A DNA stretch of 64,000 bases from an uncultured Nitrospiraceae bacterium (GTDB lineage Bacteria > Nitrospirota > Thermodesulfovibrionia > Thermodesulfovibrionales > UBA6898), in assembly GCA_964446125.1 (NCBI GenBank), contig CAYUNK010000003.1, positions 2,886 to 66,885 of the forward strand, given 5' to 3'. Positions 58,156-64,000 of the stretch are shown in pieces; position 1 is the first letter of the stretch; the number at the start of each line of letters is the position of its first letter. The position numbers were made by a program, and so were the translations under genes. A model generated the notes under the pieces. That model searched no databases. It was not told the origin of the DNA and worked only from the letters and a program-made list of their open reading frames with translations.

Positions 58156-58770
58156 ATGACAAAAGTTGTGATATTTACAGACCTTGACGGGACGCTTCTT
58201 GACCACAGGACGTACTCTTTCGAAAAGGCGATGCCTGCGCTTGAACTGATCAGGCTCGGCGCCGCATACCCTGACCTTAGGAGGGCGCTGCTCGATCTGC
58301 AGCGCGAGGGCTTTGCGGTCAGGGGCTTTGGCGATATGACCCCGGAGGAAGTTGCAGATATTACAAACCTCGACATAAATGAGGCCGAAATGGCGAAGAA
58401 GCGGGACTTTGATGAGCCGTTTGTCTATAGCGGTTCTGAGTCTGAACTGGCCGGGCTCTTTGATGCAATACGCCGGAAGGGCTTCACCTGTACAGAGGGC
58501 AGCTTCTTCCATATCCTGGGCAAAAGTGACAAGGGCATCGCAGTATCCATTCTTGCGGAGCTGTACAGGCAGGAATATGGCGCTGTCAGGACCATTGCGC
58601 TGGGCGACAGTCCTAATGACATTCCGATGCTCCAGAATGTTGACTGCCCAATAGTCGTGCAGAGGCCTGACAGCAGATACCACCCGAAGATGGTTATGCC
58701 GAATCTCATAAAGGCGGACGGAATCGGCCCTGAGGGATGGAACAGGGCAGTTCTGAAATTAATGGAGTGA
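58156..58770 (+). CDS. HAD-IIB mannosyl-3-phosphoglycerate phosphatase-like protein carrying an internal in-frame deletion
   Basis: FTDLDGTLLD (motif I), GDSPND (motif IV), GPEGW tail. About 55 residues, including the motif II SSKT/TAKT segment, are missing after ALELIR. Confidence 0.7.
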   Translation: MTKVVIFTDLDGTLLDHRTYSFEKAMPALELIRLGAAYPDLRRALLDLQREGFAVRGFGDMTPEEVADITNLDINEAEMAKKRDFDEPFVYSGSESELAGLFDAIRRKGFTCTEGSFFHILGKSDKGIAVSILAELYRQEYGAVRTIALGDSPNDIPMLQNVDCPIVVQRPDSRYHPKMVMPNLIKADGIGPEGWNRAVLKLME

Positions 58771-58879
58771 TCTGTTTATCGGATCTATGTGCTGTTGGGC
58801 CGTTTCATATCCCCTGTTTTGGACAGATATGAGCGGCCCTTGTATATATGCCTCTTCTTTGAGATACTGAGGGTGATCA

Positions 58880-59236
58880 ATGCCTTACACTATCCTTGCA
58901 GATGTTGTGGTCATCACTCATTTCCTCTGGATCGTTTTTCTGATCTTCGGGGCAGCAGCAGGCAGGCGGCATGGAAAGATCAAGTATATCCATATCAGCG
59001 GTCTGGCATTCGCAATTATCATACAGGCCTTTGGCTGGTACTGCCCACTGACCCATCTTGAGGTCTGGCTGCGGGCAAGGCACGACCCTGATATGGCATA
59101 TACAGGGTCGTACATCATTCACTATCTCGAAAAGATAATCTATATTCAAATAGACGCAGGGGTGATCATTATCCTGACAGCACTGCTCTGCGGAGTAAAT
59201 GCGCTGATATACATCAGGGGGAAAAAGGCAAGATAG
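58880..59236 (+). CDS. DUF2784-like small membrane protein
   Basis: Three to four TMs and a WYCPLTHLEVWLR motif. Confidence 0.65.
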   Translation: MPYTILADVVVITHFLWIVFLIFGAAAGRRHGKIKYIHISGLAFAIIIQAFGWYCPLTHLEVWLRARHDPDMAYTGSYIIHYLEKIIYIQIDAGVIIILTALLCGVNALIYIRGKKAR

Positions 59237-59242
59237 CCCTCA

Positions 59243-59275
59243 CATGCCCTTCCGGCAAGACCGGCAGAGGGCATG
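59243..59275. other. Hairpin between convergent transcription units (terminator-like, no U run)
   Basis: CATGCCCT (59243-59250) pairs with AGGGCATG (59268-59275), with an inner CCGG-CAAGA-CCGG. Confidence 0.3.
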
Positions 59276-59307
59276 CATCAGATGCTCATAGGAACAGCCG
59301 GTTTTCT

Positions 59308-59430
59308 TTAAACCGCGATTCCCCTATGCTGGTCACATAGATTGAATGAAACAAACCCTGAGAATGGTTCGGGAAGACTCAGACTGATCCCGATCACAGC
59401 AGCAGATTTTATCAGATCCCTTCTGTTCAT
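59308..59430 (-). CDS. 40-codon ORF encoding a twin-arginine signal-like peptide
   Basis: MNRRDLIKSAAVIGISLSLPEPFSGFVSFNLCDQHRGIAV. AAGGA lies 7 nt upstream. Not in the ORF track (<60 aa). Confidence 0.35.
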   Translation of the reverse strand: MNRRDLIKSAAVIGISLSLPEPFSGFVSFNLCDQHRGIAV

Positions 59431-59503
59431 TGCAGATCCTTTCTGAGAATGGAAGATTATCCTGTGCTTATCTTGAAGTTCATCTTGTCTGGTCCGGCCA
59501 GAT

Positions 59504-60151
59504 TCATCTTTTTTCTATTCCGCTTCTTTTGTCTCGTTTATTATTGAACCACGTGCCGATTAGCCTGCCTGTTATTAAACCTAAAATTATCCCGCCTGCT
59601 ATGTCAGAGGGGTAGTGAGAGCCGCCGAATACCCTGGACAGACCGATAAGTCCCGCACCCCCGAAGAATATCCATCGTAATCCGGGGAAATAACACGAAG
59701 CCACTGCTGCTATGGCAAACGAAGTGCTGGTATGTCCGGAAGGGAATGAGTTGAACCCTTTTTCAAGAGTAGGCCCTGCAATTTCCCAGATGTTGTCAAA
59801 CCTCGGCCTCGGTCTTCCTATAATATGTTTAAGAACCTGCGAAAAGACCCCGCTTGCAATTAGCGCCAGGATTCCGGCATGTCCGGTATTTTTTAATTTC
59901 CATGCAGTCTCCGGCTTCAACGAGGAGCCCTTGACCCCGAGCAACCATATCAAAAAAAGAATGATGAACTGTGTGCCGCCAAGCCCCATGAAGCTTATGG
60001 ATCTGAAAATCCAGTCAAAATTACCCAGGGATTTTATGAAACTGCGGTCATACATAAAATCAAATCCTATGCCTGTAGCAAGTATGACAATATAAATAAC
60101 TGCAGCAGTGACTGCAGCGCTCTTTTTCGATGAAAATCCGCTCGAATGCAT
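59504..60151 (-). CDS. PAP2-family membrane phosphatase
   Basis: KHIIGRPRP, PSGHTS, SRVFGGSHYPSD. Confidence 0.85.
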   Translation of the reverse strand: MHSSGFSSKKSAAVTAAVIYIVILATGIGFDFMYDRSFIKSLGNFDWIFRSISFMGLGGTQFIILFLIWLLGVKGSSLKPETAWKLKNTGHAGILALIASGVFSQVLKHIIGRPRPRFDNIWEIAGPTLEKGFNSFPSGHTSTSFAIAAVASCYFPGLRWIFFGGAGLIGLSRVFGGSHYPSDIAGGIILGLITGRLIGTWFNNKRDKRSGIEKR

Positions 60152-60466
60152 ACTGAAATCATAAAATTATTTTCTTGTATTTTTCAATTTGCAATCGAGG
60201 TCCGGCCATTTCCATGCCTATTAAGGACGGCCGCGTTGATATTTAACGCCTGAAACAATCGCCCGTCGGTATTTTTTTACCTGTAGGGCATTGCGAGTAT
60301 TTTGCCCCTGCTCGCAAGCGCAGTTGATCCCGGGGAATGGCAATCCAGGCACTGAAACGAGCAGGTTGATTATGTTTCTGCTGCCTGGAGTTGAAAAGCG
60401 AAACACTTGCACAATGATCCGGGATAGGGTAATAATATTGCCAAATTTTCCTGCTTCGGAGGGATT

Positions 60467-61264
60467 ATGAAACGATACTTGGCAGTTGTATTGCTCATTG
60501 CTGTCTCAGCGGGACTTGCCTTGGCCCAGGGTGGTGTAAAGAAGAAGAGGCCGCTGCCCCCGGATTATGGCAGGGTTGTTATGGGCAATCACTCTGAACG
60601 GGCAGGCATGGCCCCTGTTGTTTTTGATCACTGGCTTCACCGCTCGCTGTTTACCTGCAGGCTCTGCCATGTGGATATAGGATTTGCGATGAAGGCCAAT
60701 GCAACCGGCATCAGGGCCGCAGACAATATGAGGGGTTTTTACTGCGGCACCTGTCATAACGGCAAAATGGAGTACAGCGACCGGAAAGTCTTCAATTCCT
60801 GCGAAAGAGTGATGGTGGAGCATGGAAAGAATTGTGAGCGGTGTCATTCTCAGGGCAGGTATGTCAAGAAAGAGTTTGATTTCTATGCCTTCACCGAGAA
60901 ATTTCCCAAAGAGAGATTCGGCAACGGTATAGACTGGGAAAAGGCGGAAGAAGGAGGCCTCATCCGTCCAAAAGACTTTATTGAGGGCGTATCCATAAAG
61001 CGCAAGGATTTCAAGATGCCGGAAGATTTTGAACTCAGCGCCAAAGTTCCGCAGATGCCTGAAATTATCTTCTCTCACAAAAAGCATACTGTCTGGAATG
61101 GCTGTGAGGTCTGTCACCCCGAGATTTTTGTTGGCGTAAAGAAGGGAGAGACAAAGTATTCGATGGTGGATATTTTCAACGGCAAGTATTGCGGCGCATG
61201 CCATGTGACCGTTGCTTTCCCCCTGCTTGACTGCCAGAGATGTCATACGAAAGCGGTGCAGTGA
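60467..61264 (+). CDS. Periplasmic hexahaem cytochrome c (two c7-type trihaem domains)
   Basis: Signal peptide plus six CxxCH motifs: CRLCH, CGTCH, CERCH, CEVCH, CGACH, CQRCH. Confidence 0.9.
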   Translation: MKRYLAVVLLIAVSAGLALAQGGVKKKRPLPPDYGRVVMGNHSERAGMAPVVFDHWLHRSLFTCRLCHVDIGFAMKANATGIRAADNMRGFYCGTCHNGKMEYSDRKVFNSCERVMVEHGKNCERCHSQGRYVKKEFDFYAFTEKFPKERFGNGIDWEKAEEGGLIRPKDFIEGVSIKRKDFKMPEDFELSAKVPQMPEIIFSHKKHTVWNGCEVCHPEIFVGVKKGETKYSMVDIFNGKYCGACHVTVAFPLLDCQRCHTKAVQ

Positions 61265-62025
61265 GATATACCATACTCATCTGCGTTCTGATCGTTCTGA
61301 TTGTCCCGACAGGACTCTTGGCTCAGCGCAATGTATGGTGGGATTTTCCTGCTGCGCTGCCTCCTGATGAGTATGGCAACATTCTTATCAGCCGGACGTC
61401 AGAAAAAGGCGGGGTTAAGCCCGCTACGTTTTCCCACTGGCTCCATCGCAGAAGGCATACCTGCAGGGTCTGCCATTTTGAGCTCGAATTTAACATGAAG
61501 GTAAATACGACCGAGATTACCGAGGCTGCCAACAGGGCAGGCCAGTATTGCGGTGCAAGCGGCTGCCACGACGGCAGGGCTGCCTTTGGACATCAGGATA
61601 AGGCCGACTGCGAGAAGTGCCACAACAATAACAGGGGCTATGGCAAAGAGCAATTTCAGGAACTCACAAAGGCATTGCCCAGGACCTCTTTGGGCAATGA
61701 AATCAACTGGAGCCGCGCTATCGCCAGGAAAATGATAGAGCCGCTGTATGAGCTTTCGATCAAGCCCTCTGATGTGACATATGACAAGAGATTAGAGCTT
61801 GCGGCAAACTGGGCAATGATACCGCCTGCCATTTTTTCCCATAAGACTCATATAAAGTGGCTCGACTGCAACAACTGTCATCCGGATATCTTTAATATCA
61901 AGAAGAAGGGTACAATACATTTTACGATGGCCCGAAATCTGAAAGGGGAGTTCTGCGGGGTCTGCCATCTGACTGTCGCTTTTCCGATGAATGACTGCAA
62001 GGCATGCCACCCTGGAATAGGATAA
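61240..62025 (+). CDS. Periplasmic hexahaem cytochrome c, paralogue of the upstream gene
   Basis: CRVCH, CGASGCH (CX4CH), CEKCH, CNNCH, CGVCH, CKACH. An alternative GTG start at 61261 overlaps the upstream stop (GTGA). Confidence 0.9.
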   Translation: MSYESGAVRYTILICVLIVLIVPTGLLAQRNVWWDFPAALPPDEYGNILISRTSEKGGVKPATFSHWLHRRRHTCRVCHFELEFNMKVNTTEITEAANRAGQYCGASGCHDGRAAFGHQDKADCEKCHNNNRGYGKEQFQELTKALPRTSLGNEINWSRAIARKMIEPLYELSIKPSDVTYDKRLELAANWAMIPPAIFSHKTHIKWLDCNNCHPDIFNIKKKGTIHFTMARNLKGEFCGVCHLTVAFPMNDCKACHPGIG

Positions 62026-62327
62026 TGAATATGAGAAAAAGGATACAAAAGGCACTGGCCGGCGTTCTGATTGCAGTCATGCTCGCAGCCGGCGCTGCTG
62101 TTTTCGCCCAGAATGACTGGAAGGCCGAGTTTGACGATATCTGTTCAAAGACCGATCAGGCCATGATGCTTTCGAAAGAGGAGCTTGGCGCTTTGATTGA
62201 GCGGTGCGACAGGCTTAAATTGATCATCGAGCAGCTTGATGAGACAGAGAAAAAGGTTTATTTGAGGAGGTTGCAGCTCTGCAGGAACCTGTTTGCCTAT
62301 GTGATCGAGACACTCAATAATAAGTGA
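62025..62327 (+). CDS. Small exported helical protein, unknown function
   Basis: TAATG overlap with the cytochrome stop. Signal peptide ..AGAAVFA-QN. Mature part is charged and helical with three Cys. Confidence 0.55.
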   Translation: MNMRKRIQKALAGVLIAVMLAAGAAVFAQNDWKAEFDDICSKTDQAMMLSKEELGALIERCDRLKLIIEQLDETEKKVYLRRLQLCRNLFAYVIETLNNK

Positions 62328-62383
62328 ATTGACAGCCCTGCAGCGTAACTGATAATAGTATTCGCATGGTTGAGGCCGGAAGA

Positions 62384-62698
62384 TCACTCGACCAGCATTT
62401 CTTTAATCACTGCCTTGACCTTCCGAACAGTCTTATTGTCTATTATCCCAAGCCGTTTTGCCAGCCTGATCCTGTCAACCGTTCTTATCTGATCAAGAAC
62501 AACCCAGCCGGTCTTATTCTGAAAATCAACCTTGACCCGTGTCGGATAGTCATGAGATCTGGCCGTCATGGGCGCAATGGTAACAGTCTGCAGATTATCG
62601 TTCAACTCATCAGGCGACAGCACAAGACACGGCCTTGTCTTTTTTATTTCATGCCCCATGGTCGGATCAAGATTGATAAGATAGACCTCGTATTGCAA
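62384..62698 (-). CDS. mazF: MazF/PemK-family type II toxin
   Basis: YEVYLINLDPTMGHEIKKTRPCLVLSP..VTIAPMT. Confidence 0.85.
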   Translation of the reverse strand: MQYEVYLINLDPTMGHEIKKTRPCLVLSPDELNDNLQTVTIAPMTARSHDYPTRVKVDFQNKTGWVVLDQIRTVDRIRLAKRLGIIDNKTVRKVKAVIKEMLVE

Positions 62699-62699
62699 C

Positions 62700-62948
62700 C
62701 TACCACTCCCAGTCCTTCATATCACTATCAACAGAATCATCCAATAGCAGAAGGTCATCCCTGCGCTCATGCATCTTCGAAAATGCCCTGGCCCAGCCTT
62801 CCCGTGCCTTTTTCTTCAGCGGTTTTATCACGAGCGTATTGTTCAGCACTTCGAGTTCAGCAGTGTCATTAAAGTCACACTGCCCCAGGATGGATTTCGG
62901 GATTCGTATTCCTTTTGAATTTCCTATTGATACAATGCTTACCTTCAT
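62700..62948 (-). CDS. mazE: AbrB/SpoVT-type MazE antitoxin
   Basis: KVSIVSIGNSKGIRIPKSIL, acidic C-terminal tail. 1-nt gap to mazF. Confidence 0.8.
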   Translation of the reverse strand: MKVSIVSIGNSKGIRIPKSILGQCDFNDTAELEVLNNTLVIKPLKKKAREGWARAFSKMHERRDDLLLLDDSVDSDMKDWEW

Positions 62949-62976
62949 CCTGCACCTCCTGAATCGCTCTTTTAAC

Positions 62977-63009
62977 TGTAATTATATTGTAATTACACGT
63001 TAAAGGCAA
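62977..63009 (-). promoter_or_regulatory. mazEF promoter with overlapping operator repeats
   Basis: Minus strand TTGCCT-N17-TATAAT. Direct repeat TGTAATTA at 62977-62984 and 62988-62995, and the perfect palindrome TGTAATTACA at 62988-62997. AGGAGG RBS downstream. Confidence 0.5.
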
Positions 63010-63104
63010 CGGCATTCATACAGAAACAGACAGGCCACAGCCGTTGCAGAGGCCCTGATCTGTCTCTATCCTGTCCCGCTTAATCCAACCGTCCAGACTG
63101 TCTG

Positions 63105-64000
63105 TCATATATAGATCCTGATCTTCGTTCCTCTGCCGGGGCTGCTTTCGATCTGCATGTTCCAGCCGTGTGCCCTGACAAGATGTTTGACAATGGCAAG
63201 GCCAAGACCTGTGCCGCCGCCTGCACGCGAGCGACCAGGGTCTGCGCGAAAGAACCGCTCGCCCAGCCTCGGCAGATATTTCGCGGCCACGCCAATGCCT
63301 GTGTCCTGAACAAAGATATAGTCCCTGCCATCCTCCCTGTCCATGCCCATTGCAATATTGCCGGCATCAGTATACTTGATCGCATTGTCAATCAGGTTAG
63401 TCAATATCTGGATCAGACGATCCCGGTCAGCAGATATAAGGGGTTGATCAGGATTACCGGAAATCTCAAGGATAAGTCCTTTGGCCGAAATCCTGTCCTT
63501 AAACAGCCCTGTGACAGCCTCAAAGACCTCTACTATATTAATCAGGGATTTATCAACCCTGATCACGCCAAGCTCGATCCTGGAGATCGTCATGAGGTCG
63601 TCAACCAGGCTGTTGATCCGTTCACTGTTGGCCCTGATGCTCCGGATGAACCGCGCAGCATTCTCCCTGTCCTCAAGCGCGCCCTCAAGCAGTGTATCTG
63701 CAAACCCCCTGATCGCAGTGATCGGGGTCTTCAGTTCGTGCGACACATTGGCAACAAAGTCCTTTCTGACCTGCTCAAGCTTCTCGGTCTGGGTGATGTC
63801 ATGAAAGATCGCCACAAAACCAGCAAGGTCCTGCTGATGATAAAAAAGCGGCGAGACGCGGACTGCCAGGCTCTTTTCTTCAGGATGGTCTATCCTGAAC
63901 TCTGTCCTTCCCGGCATCAGGCTTCTGCGCACCCTGTCCATGAGATCAGAGAATTCATGGTTCCGAACGATCTCTGCAAAAGGAAGCCCTGTCATGGCCC
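63105..64000 (-). CDS. PhoR-like sensor histidine kinase, N-terminus outside the window
   Basis: PAS tail, FVANVSHELKTPITAI, QDTGIGVA, GGTGLGLAIVKH. The reading frame is open to the window edge. Confidence 0.85.
   Translation of the reverse strand, partial: AMTGLPFAEIVRNHEFSDLMDRVRRSLMPGRTEFRIDHPEEKSLAVRVSPLFYHQQDLAGFVAIFHDITQTEKLEQVRKDFVANVSHELKTPITAIRGFADTLLEGALEDRENAARFIRSIRANSERINSLVDDLMTISRIELGVIRVDKSLINIVEVFEAVTGLFKDRISAKGLILEISGNPDQPLISADRDRLIQILTNLIDNAIKYTDAGNIAMGMDREDGRDYIFVQDTGIGVAAKYLPRLGERFFRADPGRSRAGGGTGLGLAIVKHLVRAHGWNMQIESSPGRGTKIRIYI

Noticed and set aside
58017-58376. N-terminal 120 codons of the 161-aa ORF that contains desulforedoxin.
   Set aside because: This part has no RBS and no motifs, and it is antisense to the 5' end of the HAD gene. 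Only the last 41 codons look genuine.
60203-60218. GG-N10-GC match CGGCCATTTCCATGCC upstream of the cytochrome operon.
   Set aside because: Only the core dinucleotides match the consensus, and it lies about 250 nt from the start codon. This is likely chance.
1-64000. Search for CRISPR arrays, rRNA, transposases, integrases, reverse transcriptases, phage genes, and restriction or other defence genes.
   Set aside because: I found no regularly spaced direct repeats. The only tandem DNA repeats are coding (55070-55231, and the triplicated modules in 2422-3399). No ORF shows nuclease, helicase or methylase defence hallmarks, apart from the three TA pairs.

Overview
This is a gene-dense 64-kb chromosomal window. 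It probably comes from an anaerobic environmental bacterium, judging by a stand-alone desulforedoxin, c7-type multihaem cytochromes, a sigma-54 activator and many PAS/AHDFNN-type kinases. The phylum cannot be assigned without a database search. Housekeeping backbone: mutS2, aspS, rluB, citrate synthase, tRNA-Ser(GGA), cca, SRP RNA (ffs)-dnaX-ybaB-recR, an mtaD-like deaminase, asd, UPF0182, an IPMDH-family dehydrogenase, a phosphohexomutase and tkt. Interleaved with these are two MacB/FtsX-type ABC exporters, an Mla/MCE operon, three type II toxin-antitoxin pairs (two of them in one AT-rich islet), a tandem pair of hexahaem cytochromes, and an unusually high density of signalling genes. I saw no CRISPR array, transposase, integrase, phage gene or recognisable defence system other than the TA pairs. 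I therefore cannot point to a clear-cut new system. Best follow-up candidates: (1) a 12.6-kb minus-strand signalling supercluster (40706-53330) with five kinases, eight receiver domains, a sigma-54 activator, and a candidate sigma-54 promoter driving a small unknown protein plus an atypical Cys-tailed STAS protein; (2) redox-type sensor modules, namely CxxCH(H) extracytoplasmic domains in three sensors, a Cys3His motif recurring in PAS domains, and Cys-rich CW modules that split a GAF domain in an HD-GYP protein; (3) a slippery A_AAA_AAA heptamer in dnaX placed like the E. coli gamma/tau frameshift site; (4) small genes the ORF track misses (a 41-aa desulforedoxin and a 40-codon ORF with a twin-arginine signal); (5) two families of hairpin-forming intergenic repeats shared by loci near 6.2 kb and 32.6 kb. 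All product calls rest on motif recognition by eye. Nothing was verified by search.
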